DNA from: a virus
Taxonomy: Duplodnaviria; Caudoviricetes
Reading direction: 5' to 3' (one strand)
IMG/VR virus record: IMGVR_UViG_3300025084_000049
Span: 1 to 46,799 of that record
Length of the DNA: 46,799 nt
Part shown: positions 19,222-27,213 of the stretch, in pieces
Numbering within the stretch: the first letter of the stretch is position 1
Layout: every line of letters starts with the position of its first letter
Translations under genes and position numbers: made by a program
Notes under the pieces: generated by a model
Told to the model about the DNA's origin: nothing
Database searches by the model: none
The model's input: the letters and a program-made list of their open reading frames with translations, nothing else

Positions 19222-19986
19222 TCAGTCTCCTAGTGTTGTAAGGTTATCAAAGTCGGTAGGGTTTCTGTATTTCAAATCGTCAGTCAAGTACAGTATCTTT
19301 ACTGTCTCAACGTGTTGTCGTAAGTCTCTTGCGAATTGCAATGTCTTGGGTAAAGCATCGGGGTCTAATGCAATTATTGCTGTTGAGAACTGCGACAAGT
19401 ACCTCTTGTGTCCAGTGGACAATGATGTACCCAACACTGCGACCCCGACATATACACCACCATCACCTACAATAGCAGCACTCACGCAGTCCTCAACAAC
19501 TACAGCCGTTTTACCACACCCATGAGCATATGGCAAGCTACTTTTTCCATATCTCTTCCATTTAGGTATACGTTTACCTAGTGATCGGCCTGTGGCATCG
19601 ACCATAACATTGTTGTGTACAACAGGGAACACCACACGATGTTCCTTCACGTCATACAACAACCCTAAATCTTGTGGGTCTATAGCCCACTCATCACAGA
19701 AAGGTTTGAGCTTCTTGGTATCACGTACAAACCAATCAGGCTTTGCGAAAGTTGCAGTGTGTGTCTCTTCTGCAACACTACCCAAAGACTTACGTATGTC
19801 TTCTGCACTCAGGGTAGTACGTGTACCACCAGATGCAGTGCAACTAGCCTTGTAACAATTCCATACGATAGAACCCATGTTGTTTGTAACAGTAAAAGTA
19901 TTCTTAGTATTACATACAGGGCATGTCATACGTTTAGTCTCACCATTAACAAGTGATAAGTCACTTATAATATCTTTTATATTCAT
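19222..19986 (-). CDS. DNA primase (Zn ribbon + TOPRIM)
   Basis: CPVC...CYKASC zinc domain; VVVED, LGTS and ALDPD TOPRIM motifs. Confidence 0.88.
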   Translation of the reverse strand: MNIKDIISDLSLVNGETKRMTCPVCNTKNTFTVTNNMGSIVWNCYKASCTASGGTRTTLSAEDIRKSLGSVAEETHTATFAKPDWFVRDTKKLKPFCDEWAIDPQDLGLLYDVKEHRVVFPVVHNNVMVDATGRSLGKRIPKWKRYGKSSLPYAHGCGKTAVVVEDCVSAAIVGDGGVYVGVAVLGTSLSTGHKRYLSQFSTAIIALDPDALPKTLQFARDLRQHVETVKILYLTDDLKYRNPTDFDNLTTLGD

Positions 19987-21107
19987 AGTATATCACTTTC
20001 TATGTTGTTCGTTCCACTCAAGGATACACTTATGTTTCTCTGTGTCAAGGCATTATTTGCACTTGCATACGAATGCTTTAGATAAGGCTTAACAGAAGAG
20101 ATATGATTGTGTCCTGTCACCGACATGATCTGGTTGATTGGTACACCTTCCTTGTCCATCTGTGTTACTCCTGTCCTACGTAAGTCCATAAGCCGTAGCT
20201 CTTCGGGTAGTTTAGCTAGTCGCATAACCCTTCGACCTACCTTTGACAATCTTTCCATAGCATATGGATTGTATGTGCCATCAACAGGCCGTGGGTGTGG
20301 TGCTACGTAAGTCTGAAACCCAAAGTCTTTCTTCTGTTCCTTGAGCATGTGCAACAGGCCATCCGATATGGGCAGGGTTACATCTGCCCTACGTTTACTC
20401 TGTTCCAGTTCAAGCATACTGTTATCAAAGTCTACGTTGTCCCACGTTAAGGTACGCATGTCACCCAGACGTTGACACCACTCGTATGCCATGTGAACAA
20501 TCAAGCCCACATTTCTGTACTCAAAGTCACTGTATGCAACGTCAAGGAACTTGTTCACCTCACCGTGTGACCACACCACCTTGCGTTGTTCTGGTGACTT
20601 ACGTTTGATGTTTGCCCAAGGATTGTACGTAGTGTGCTGCATATCAATGGCATAGTTGTATACCCTACTGGCACATGTTGCCGCATGATTGGCAAAACTT
20701 ATGCCACGTTTGACCCACTCTTCATATGCTTGCTTTGCAACCTTGGCGGTAACGTACTCATACTTACGCCACCCCATTGTCTGGTGCAGCACAGTGAGAA
20801 AGTACCTATAATCTACTTTAGTTGTATCACGTAAGGCATTGAAGTCATTGGACATATAGTAATAGTTAATCAGATCAGTCACCTTGCTGCTTGACTTTAT
20901 TCGTACAACTTGTGCTTGTTCTTCACGATACGTATCAATCGCCTTGTTATGTTCACGTGCGATCTTGCGTACCTGTTTTAAGTCACATCCATATTCCTCA
21001 CGTTTGACCACGCCCTCATTTACAAGGTTCTGTGGTGGGTTGAAACGGTATGAGATGTCACCCGTAGGTGACACTCGTTCTTGTACATATCGTGGCAGTT
21101 TAGGCAC
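19983..21107 (-). CDS. Tyrosine recombinase / phage integrase
   Basis: QRLGDMR (R), QSKRR (K), MDLRRT, TGH, YLK (Y) catalytic layout, with a core-binding region upstream. Confidence 0.88.
   Translation of the reverse strand: MPKLPRYVQERVSPTGDISYRFNPPQNLVNEGVVKREEYGCDLKQVRKIAREHNKAIDTYREEQAQVVRIKSSSKVTDLINYYYMSNDFNALRDTTKVDYRYFLTVLHQTMGWRKYEYVTAKVAKQAYEEWVKRGISFANHAATCASRVYNYAIDMQHTTYNPWANIKRKSPEQRKVVWSHGEVNKFLDVAYSDFEYRNVGLIVHMAYEWCQRLGDMRTLTWDNVDFDNSMLELEQSKRRADVTLPISDGLLHMLKEQKKDFGFQTYVAPHPRPVDGTYNPYAMERLSKVGRRVMRLAKLPEELRLMDLRRTGVTQMDKEGVPINQIMSVTGHNHISSVKPYLKHSYASANNALTQRNISVSLSGTNNIESDIL
20021..20048 (-). promoter_or_regulatory. Probable sigma70 promoter for primase/helicase inside the integrase 3' end
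   Basis: TTGACA-16 nt-TATCCT on the - strand, ~35 nt before the primase ATG. Confidence 0.5.
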
Positions 21108-21567
21108 ATTTATCTCCTTCGTAGCAACTTAACATTAGTAGTTCTTTTTCTGGCCTATATGTTACTCTACTTTTTACCCAAGCAGATTGTTCAGCAGCCT
21201 TTCTAATCTCAGCTACCATAGTGGAACTTAGCTCTGCCAATTCATCCTCATCCCAATAGGGCATACGCAGAGGCTTTTTGTATTTTTTCTTCAGCCAACC
21301 CTTTATGTACTGCACACGTTCTATGACACTTAGCAACCTTAGATTACCCAATGCTGAATTACATTCAACACAAGATGGAACTTTATAAAACGACAGTTCT
21401 TTTTTTGCTTCTTCTTTTACTAAAGCTGTCCATGATATAGGCGGTATGTGATCTAGAACACACGCAGGTACACCACAATAAGTGCAGTCTCCATAACGAT
21501 CACCCCTAACATCATAGAGGTGATCGTATACAAGTAAAGACGTAGCTCTATGGTTTTCGTGAGACAT
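21100..21567 (-). CDS. HNH endonuclease
   Basis: CTYCG...LDHIPP...SCVECNSALG. Confidence 0.8.
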   Translation of the reverse strand: MSHENHRATSLLVYDHLYDVRGDRYGDCTYCGVPACVLDHIPPISWTALVKEEAKKELSFYKVPSCVECNSALGNLRLLSVIERVQYIKGWLKKKYKKPLRMPYWDEDELAELSSTMVAEIRKAAEQSAWVKSRVTYRPEKELLMLSCYEGDKCA

Positions 21568-22413
21568 TTATGCAGCTTGTAGTTCGACAAACTTACTGTC
21601 AGATACCCACTTGCTCACCTCTTGCTCACGTGACCACATGCTGATAGCCTGTGTATCATTGCCAGTGTTACGTAGGTTGAACCCATTACGTTCATCAGCA
21701 TACGATGCATAGTTGGTGAAGGCAGAATACAATGCCCACTTGTTGTGACCACGTTGTGATGCTTCATGCATGTACAAACTGTACATCTTTTCAGCCTTAC
21801 GTTTGGATGTGATCATGCTCTCAAGCAATGAGCTTACATCTACATACTTTAGGCTAGTCTCAGCCCACACCTGCATCTTTGCAGCTTGCTCATAGAAATC
21901 AGTACGTGCTTTGGTTAGTTCATATATAAAACTTTCCATAGAAAAGTTAGATGTATTCTTCTTACGTACCTTGTCATAGTCACCACTGATCTGCCCATTG
22001 GTACAGAAGAAATCAATAGCACCAAAGTACACTTGGTTAGAGCATGACCCATCAATACCATGTAATGATATGATCCTGTTACCAATCTCTGTACTGTGTT
22101 TCTCTGTCTTAACAACAGTTTTCATGTTGGGTAGGGTGATGTCAAGCATAGCCCATGCACCGTCACGTGCAGTGCGCCAGTTCATACGGGCATCTGCTAC
22201 TTCATGTGGGGTTAGTTCCTCAGTCACAGTGTCAAGGACACCACGATAGAAGTCACCGTGTGATGCACACTTGAAGCCTGTGCCTACGATACCAAGGTAC
22301 TGACCTGTATCTGTATTGATGACGTACTTCTTGTCATGCATTTTAGTTGGTTCAAACTCTACACCAAAGTCAAGATGCTCTGGTACGTGGAATGTTGTTG
22401 TATCTAATGGCAT
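21568..22413 (-). CDS. DUF932 family protein
   Basis: LGIVGTGFK, SLHGIDGS, FCTNG and WALYSAFT pattern typical of phage/plasmid DUF932. Confidence 0.75.
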   Translation of the reverse strand: MPLDTTTFHVPEHLDFGVEFEPTKMHDKKYVINTDTGQYLGIVGTGFKCASHGDFYRGVLDTVTEELTPHEVADARMNWRTARDGAWAMLDITLPNMKTVVKTEKHSTEIGNRIISLHGIDGSCSNQVYFGAIDFFCTNGQISGDYDKVRKKNTSNFSMESFIYELTKARTDFYEQAAKMQVWAETSLKYVDVSSLLESMITSKRKAEKMYSLYMHEASQRGHNKWALYSAFTNYASYADERNGFNLRNTGNDTQAISMWSREQEVSKWVSDSKFVELQAA

Positions 22414-22556
22414 TATTTATCTCCTTCTAACTGTGATCGTATATCCTCAAGCAACTTCTTTAGCTTACTTGAGTTTGCCATGCGTGTATTGGGAAGTATT
22501 TCCTCACACATCTTTAGTATTCTTAGGTTTAGTTCTTTAGTTATACCGTCACTCAT
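22413..22556 (-). CDS. Small hypothetical protein (47 aa; not in ORF track)
   Basis: MSDGITKELNLRILKMCEEILPNTRMANSSKLKKLLEDIRSQLEGDK*; TAATG coupling to DUF932. Confidence 0.55.
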   Translation of the reverse strand: MSDGITKELNLRILKMCEEILPNTRMANSSKLKKLLEDIRSQLEGDK

Positions 22557-22640
22557 CTGTCATACTGTTCCTTTCATACTGTCTAAGGCAACTGTGCCAT
22601 AGTTATATAGTAATGTCCATGCCCTACTAAGGGGTGTTAG

Positions 22641-23027
22641 CTATTTGTAGAACAAGTGTGATCCAATTGTCACAGTATGTTCTAGTTCACTAGCCCAATA
22701 AGGACGTACATAATTTGCATGGTAGTGTGTAGCACCACCTGTCATGTCAGCAGCCTCACCACGTAGTACATCAGCAGCTACCATAGTAGCATAGGCCATA
22801 GCATACGCATCCCTTGGCTTGTCTGACTTACCGTCACAGTACCAACTGAACTGGCATGTACGTCCCTTACGATGCTGCGTCACGACAGAGCATACATCAC
22901 TAGGGAATCGGTTACTTTGTACACGGTTCATAACAACATGGGCTACGGCATACTGCCCTTCCATGCTATCACTACGTGCTTCAAAGTATACGTTTAGTGC
23001 AAGGCACATAAGTATTGTCTCAATCAT
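22641..23027 (-). CDS. Cell wall hydrolase, SleB/Hydrolase_2 family
   Basis: CLALNVYFEAR, AVAHVVMNRV..FP, CQFSW, TGGATHYHA..V.P.W..IGSHLFY. Confidence 0.9.
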   Translation of the reverse strand: MIETILMCLALNVYFEARSDSMEGQYAVAHVVMNRVQSNRFPSDVCSVVTQHRKGRTCQFSWYCDGKSDKPRDAYAMAYATMVAADVLRGEAADMTGGATHYHANYVRPYWASELEHTVTIGSHLFYK

Positions 23028-23212
23028 CTGGTTTCACTCCACACACGAACTATAATTTCGTTTTTAACATTCTTACAGAGTTGAAAGTTGACTCCATTCA
23101 AGTCACTGTTTTCATCTGTCAATAGTCCAACACAACAATCATATAGGTGATCTCTATCAATCCCATCATCATAATCATTCCACGCAGACCTTCGTTCAAA
23201 ATATATAGGCAT
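23024..23212 (-). CDS. Hypothetical protein
   Basis: 62 aa, AAGGA RBS. Confidence 0.6.
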   Translation of the reverse strand: MPIYFERRSAWNDYDDGIDRDHLYDCCVGLLTDENSDLNGVNFQLCKNVKNEIIVRVWSETR

Positions 23213-23476
23213 AGCTTATCCTTTCAGTGTCCATAATTACAACCCACTTTCCATATGTCACCATCTACTATACTGTGGCTATTATAAAAGCCACAACACC
23301 CAGACTTTTCAGCAGTAACAAAATCACTTTTGTGTAAGCTATCACGCACACGGTAAGCTCTACGATTATCAACACACCCCTCATCTGAAAGATGTATTGT
23401 TATTTGGGTTTCAAGATCGTCCCACACTTCTTGTGGTACATTAGTAAAACTTGCTCTATTCATAGCTTATCCTTTC
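23210..23476 (-). repeat. Identical 16-bp RBS+ATG direct repeat flanking one gene
   Basis: CATAGCTTATCCTTTC at 23210-23225 and 23461-23476. Confidence 0.85.
23224..23463 (-). CDS. Hypothetical protein
   Basis: 79 aa with GCCG and GCNYGH motifs; AAGGA RBS. Confidence 0.7.
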   Translation of the reverse strand: MNRASFTNVPQEVWDDLETQITIHLSDEGCVDNRRAYRVRDSLHKSDFVTAEKSGCCGFYNSHSIVDGDIWKVGCNYGH

Positions 23477-23529
23477 GGTTTGGGTATAGGTAGACCTGAC
23501 CAATCGTCACATGGATCATCAGGCTGCAC
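23467..23529 (-). CDS. Possible 20-aa micropeptide
   Basis: GGAG RBS then GTG; MQPDDPCDDWSGLPIPKPKG* fills the intergenic gap. Confidence 0.3.
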   Translation of the reverse strand: MQPDDPCDDWSGLPIPKPKG

Positions 23530-23875
23530 TGGCTTCTGCTCCTGATGTGTAGACGTTAATGTATATACGTGTTGCATCGTGTAAACTCTCCGCATCTGAT
23601 GACAGGCGTATCTCATTACCTGCATCTGCATATTGACCTAGCTTTTGTATGCTGATCATCTTATCGCCACGGCCTGACCGTCTAAAGAAGTTTACATTTA
23701 CTTCTTCACCGTCAATGTACTCACCTATGATAGTAAGTTTGTTCCTGTTCTCAAAGAACTTGTCAGTATATTCCATGCCAAAGTCTTCCAATAGAAACTG
23801 TTGTACAGTTTTGTTGGCATTGATCTCTGACTTGTTTAACATACGTGGGGTTAGTATGATGTATGCATCTGGCAT
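23519..23875 (-). CDS. Hypothetical protein, possibly a B3/EcoRII-N-like DNA-binding domain
   Basis: 118 aa; LTPRMLNKSEINAN..V.QFL...FFRRSGRGDKMISI..L.QYADAG recalls N-terminal domains of some restriction-enzyme-like proteins. Confidence 0.55.
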   Translation of the reverse strand: MPDAYIILTPRMLNKSEINANKTVQQFLLEDFGMEYTDKFFENRNKLTIIGEYIDGEEVNVNFFRRSGRGDKMISIQKLGQYADAGNEIRLSSDAESLHDATRIYINVYTSGAEASAA

Positions 23876-23910
23876 TGTCTGTTCCTTTCAGATTGTCCAA
23901 CATTGGACGT

Positions 23911-24147
23911 TTACTGCACCGCCATTGGTGCTTCATGTATATAGCCGTAGTCACTGTATTCCTCTGCCTCATACTCTGCGACAGATACAAGTTCTACTTC
24001 TTTCTCTGGGTGAATGTGCTTCGCCATCAGCACTGCCATGCTGCAAGCACTAGCCCATCCATCAATGGCAGGGAAAGTATCATCAAGTGTGATGGTACTC
24101 TCCTGTCCACCAATGTCTAGGACTATTTCATATGCGTTAACTGTCAA
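23911..24147 (-). CDS. Acidic hypothetical protein
   Basis: 78 aa; its TAA stop overlaps the end of palindrome copy 1. Confidence 0.65.
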   Translation of the reverse strand: MTVNAYEIVLDIGGQESTITLDDTFPAIDGWASACSMAVLMAKHIHPEKEVELVSVAEYEAEEYSDYGYIHEAPMAVQ

Positions 24148-24410
24148 TTGCCTGTCACAGTCTCAGCCATAGCAGGGAATGCTGAACGTAGCTTCCACTC
24201 TGAGGTGTCCAACGCACGTGCATTGTCCATTGTCAGGTCAAACATTTCACGCATATTATTCTCTGCATCACGAATAGTTTTGTATGCAAGCACAATAGCA
24301 TCACGTTGTTCTTGGGTTAGTTGATCAGCACAAGCATTCTTTTCAGCATTGGCTGCATCACGTTGCTCTTGCCATGTAGCTTGGCTATCTGCGATTTCTT
24401 CTGGTGTCAT
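24144..24410 (-). CDS. Hypothetical helical protein
   Basis: Start set at MTPEE after AAGGAG. Confidence 0.7.
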   Translation of the reverse strand: MTPEEIADSQATWQEQRDAANAEKNACADQLTQEQRDAIVLAYKTIRDAENNMREMFDLTMDNARALDTSEWKLRSAFPAMAETVTGN

Positions 24411-24622
24411 TGGTTTGTCTCCTTCAAGTGTTTCCATGCTACGTCAGTAACATTTTCTATTTGATAAATCAACTCCTTAAAATCCCAATTCTCGTAGGGT
24501 GCATAGGTGTTTTCCTTTACCCACTGCTCTAGTGTGTTGTCAGACCAACCGTTCCAGTATTCGGGTAAAGGTGTGGTCAGAAAAGAACCCGACATTTCTC
24601 TAAGCAATTTATCGTATGTCAT
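24407..24622 (-). CDS. Hypothetical protein
   Basis: 71 aa, AGGAG RBS, coupled at both ends. Confidence 0.7.
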   Translation of the reverse strand: MTYDKLLREMSGSFLTTPLPEYWNGWSDNTLEQWVKENTYAPYENWDFKELIYQIENVTDVAWKHLKETNQ

Positions 24623-25023
24623 TAGTACCTAGCTCCTTCTGCATATACGTATGGCCTCATAATACGATTACCTTGGGACATACGGGGTTCAAGTGATAGC
24701 ACTGCACGTTTGGCAGTGTGTACTGGCATCACATCTTGTACATCCACAAACGATGCATGTTTGTATGGATTGTACATTACAAGACTATAGTCATTGTACT
24801 CTGGATCAAAGTCATCAAAGTATGTTCCGACCATCTCACCACGTACAAACGCATGGACATTCTTTTTGCCCTCACGTAGTACACGGTTACGCCCTGCCTG
24901 ACGTACCACAAACGTAGGATTGTCTATGTGTACTTTGTCAGTGTGCAGTACCACCCTGCCCGTCTTACATGAACGGACAGAGAATGTGTGTTTGTGTAGA
25001 TTGAAGTAGACTTCAACTCTCAT
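24622..25023 (-). CDS. Conserved phage hypothetical protein
   Basis: VYFNLHK..FSV...GRNRVLREGKKNVHAFVRG, a pattern I recognise from many phage early regions. Confidence 0.8.
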   Translation of the reverse strand: MRVEVYFNLHKHTFSVRSCKTGRVVLHTDKVHIDNPTFVVRQAGRNRVLREGKKNVHAFVRGEMVGTYFDDFDPEYNDYSLVMYNPYKHASFVDVQDVMPVHTAKRAVLSLEPRMSQGNRIMRPYVYAEGARY

Positions 25024-25029
25024 GGTTTA

Positions 25030-25368
25030 TTATCCTTGTGCTGCAATTTGGTTGTCAACATCATCTAGCCACGTGACCAGTACCTTACGAGTACGCATTA
25101 ACTCCGCACGTTCCATGTTGTACTTGCCCTTAATCAGGCCAAGGGTTTTCAACACGTTTACACGATAGGCGATACGGCTAGGGTACTCATTGAGTGCCAC
25201 TGCAATTTCCTTAACGGTCATTGTGTCATACAAATCTACCAGTACCTCATCAATAGCAACGTAGTTGTATGTGTACTTACGTGCTTTCTGCATGTGGAAA
25301 GTATGGTTCTCATACAGTGTAGGGTTAGATGTTTTTACTACTGGTGCATATGTGTTTGAATTTGTCAT
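25030..25368 (-). CDS. Putative HTH DNA-binding protein
   Basis: MTVKEIAVALNEYPSRIAYRVNVLKTLGLI is winged-helix-like; AGGAG RBS. Confidence 0.6.
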   Translation of the reverse strand: MTNSNTYAPVVKTSNPTLYENHTFHMQKARKYTYNYVAIDEVLVDLYDTMTVKEIAVALNEYPSRIAYRVNVLKTLGLIKGKYNMERAELMRTRKVLVTWLDDVDNQIAAQG

Positions 25369-25379
25369 TGTGTTAGCTC

Positions 25380-25523
25380 CTATGCTACTGATTTACGAAG
25401 GTTAAGTTTACTTTGACGTGCGATCTTACGTTCACGTTTCCAATCGTCACGTTTAGGTTTTTGTCCAACATTGGACGTTTTCTTTTTGCTCATCTTAATG
25501 AAGTTGCGCATCTCGTATTGCAT
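25380..25523 (-). CDS. Small basic protein (47 aa; not in ORF track) containing palindrome copy 2 in frame
   Basis: MQYEMRNFIKMSKKKTSNVGQKPKRDDWKRERKIARQSKLNLRKSVA*; AAGGA RBS. Confidence 0.6.
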   Translation of the reverse strand: MQYEMRNFIKMSKKKTSNVGQKPKRDDWKRERKIARQSKLNLRKSVA

Positions 25524-25653
25524 TACGTTTGTCCTTTCCACGATTGCGTTTGGCTTTACTACCTTTCTTAGGCAGTATCACCTGTGGCGATTTACGTTCC
25601 TGTAACATTGCTTTTGCCACAGGGTTGCGATATGTTACAGTTTTCTGTTTCAT
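25495..25653 (-). CDS. Small basic ArfA-like protein (52 aa; not in ORF track)
   Basis: MKQKTVTYRNPVAKAMLQERKSPQVILPKKGSKAKRNRGKDKRNAIRDAQLH*; ATGA overlap with the upstream gene. Confidence 0.6.
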   Translation of the reverse strand: MKQKTVTYRNPVAKAMLQERKSPQVILPKKGSKAKRNRGKDKRNAIRDAQLH

Positions 25654-26336
25654 CCGTTTGCTACCTTATCTGCTTTACGTTTGCTTGACCCATGTGCAGG
25701 GAAACCAATGATTGCATTACGGTTTCTAGCACATAACTTGCATGTCTCACAAGACACATCATCTTTGATTACGGCAGGGCATACTACTACCTTACGTCCC
25801 TTCGGGGTAGTGGTGTTGGTCAACTGATCGGCAGGAAGCACCGTTGTCACAGGTGCAATGTCCATGTCATACAAGGCATCAGCATGTGCCAATGTATTGC
25901 CAGACAGATTGACCACAAATCCCTTATCGTTCATACGTTTGACAACACTAGCATTATGCTTGCTAGTCAATACGGGATAGTGTGTATATGTCCAACCGTT
26001 TTTGCCAGTGTTAGCATCGGCAAGTTCATCATTGGCATCAGCATCAAGCTCATTGCCATCACCTGCCAAATCACCTGCCTGATTGTGCCGCCATAGTGTG
26101 CCGTCTTTCATGTTGTCAACAGTGTGGATCAACTCTTGCCAACCACCACCACGTTCACCACGTGTGACCTTTGCCCAGTGCATAGCTAGTGGGCCACCGT
26201 TTGCATAGCATCCACCTTCGTTTGCATTGTTGAATGGGCAAGTACTAGGGCAAGTGTCAGCACTTGTAGTGGTTACTGGTATCTTACCAACCTTGCGGTT
26301 GTTTGATTTCATTGTGATGTGAACATTGTAAGACAT
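25650..26336 (-). CDS. Cys-rich phage protein (gp88-like, probably metal/Fe-S binding)
   Basis: CPSTCP...GCYA, RHNQAGD, WTYTH, CPA..SCETCKLCA, GFPAHG. Confidence 0.65.
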   Translation of the reverse strand: MSYNVHITMKSNNRKVGKIPVTTTSADTCPSTCPFNNANEGGCYANGGPLAMHWAKVTRGERGGGWQELIHTVDNMKDGTLWRHNQAGDLAGDGNELDADANDELADANTGKNGWTYTHYPVLTSKHNASVVKRMNDKGFVVNLSGNTLAHADALYDMDIAPVTTVLPADQLTNTTTPKGRKVVVCPAVIKDDVSCETCKLCARNRNAIIGFPAHGSSKRKADKVANG

Positions 26337-26399
26337 TGTTTTACTCCGTAAGATTGTCCAACATTGGACGTTTCGATTTGGTAGTTAGTATACGTATAC

Positions 26400-26438
26400 G
26401 TTATATATACTTTCACTAAAGTATCAAGTATATATAAC
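26400..26438 (-). promoter_or_regulatory. Inverted repeat A embedding a TTGATA-N16-TATAAC promoter
   Basis: GTTATATATACTT-tcactaaagtatc-AAGTATATATAAC (13-bp perfect arms). Confidence 0.75.
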
Positions 26439-26443
26439 TTATA

Positions 26444-26668
26444 CTATACATAATGGTGGCTGTAAGTTTCATCCAAATCCTCAAATGCAGCATCCCATTC
26501 GTCGGGTGTGATGCCTGTCATAATGAACTCACGTTCATCAGCAGTAAGGTTGGGCATAGCATTCTGAATTAAAGTACCATTAGCCCATGCATCTAATTGT
26601 GCAATTGTAACGTCAATGCTCATAGTGTGAGTATTGCCAGTGAGTTGAGATGTTTTTACGATTCTCAT
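26444..26668 (-). CDS. Conserved phage hypothetical protein
   Basis: 74 aa, LIQNAMPNLTADEREFIMTGITPDEW; GGAG RBS. Confidence 0.8.
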   Translation of the reverse strand: MRIVKTSQLTGNTHTMSIDVTIAQLDAWANGTLIQNAMPNLTADEREFIMTGITPDEWDAAFEDLDETYSHHYV

Positions 26669-26711
26669 AATTAAACTCCGTTTATATTGTCCAACATTGG
26701 ACGTTTAAGTT

Positions 26712-26817
26712 AGCAGGTAAAAGTACACTTGGGTTGTAGACGGGATGGCCTATCTTCACACCATTGATTATGTATAGTGAAAGTTAAATATAACTTCCAA
26801 GTGTACTTATATCTGCT
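26712..26817. repeat. Inverted repeat C (long hairpin)
   Basis: AAGTACACTTGG (26721-26732) / CCAAGTGTACTT (26797-26808), extended by AGCAGG / TCTGCT. Confidence 0.8.
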
Positions 26818-27107
26818 TAAACCCATTCGGCATGGATGTTGTCCTGTTCAAGCCACCGCATTGCAGTGTCAATGTCAGGCGCACCTGCTGCCATACAAGC
26901 ATTGATGGATGCATCTTCATCGGCACGTTCCTGTGCCAAGTCCTCTGCTACCCAATCGTAGTAACGTTGGGTTTGCTTTTCGAGTTCAGCAATGTTGTCT
27001 ACGTCAATGCTATGACCATTACTATATGGTCTAACACCATGATACTCTTTGTGAGCATCACTATATGCTTGGTAAGCAATGGCATATTCTGTGAGGCGAT
27101 TGTCCAT
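26817..27107 (-). CDS. Hypothetical protein
   Basis: Start reset to MDNRLTE behind GGAG RBS; YSDAHKEYHGVRP motif. Confidence 0.75.
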   Translation of the reverse strand: MDNRLTEYAIAYQAYSDAHKEYHGVRPYSNGHSIDVDNIAELEKQTQRYYDWVAEDLAQERADEDASINACMAAGAPDIDTAMRWLEQDNIHAEWV

Positions 27108-27172
27108 ATTTAAACTCCGTTTATATTGTCCAACATTGGACGTTTTCAGTTTCGGTTTAGTATTATACATAT

Positions 27173-27213
27173 GTTATATAACACTTTCACTAAAGTATCA
27201 AGTGTTATATAAC
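27173..27213 (-). promoter_or_regulatory. Inverted repeat B embedding a TTGATA-N17-TATAAC promoter
   Basis: GTTATATAACACTT-tcactaaagtatc-AAGTGTTATATAAC (14-bp perfect arms, same loop as A). Confidence 0.75.

Noticed and set aside
27108-27170. ORF-track N-terminal extension MYNTKPKLKTSNVGQYKRSLN
   Set aside because: It is the regulatory leader; the GGAG RBS and identity with the 26668 leader put the start at 27107
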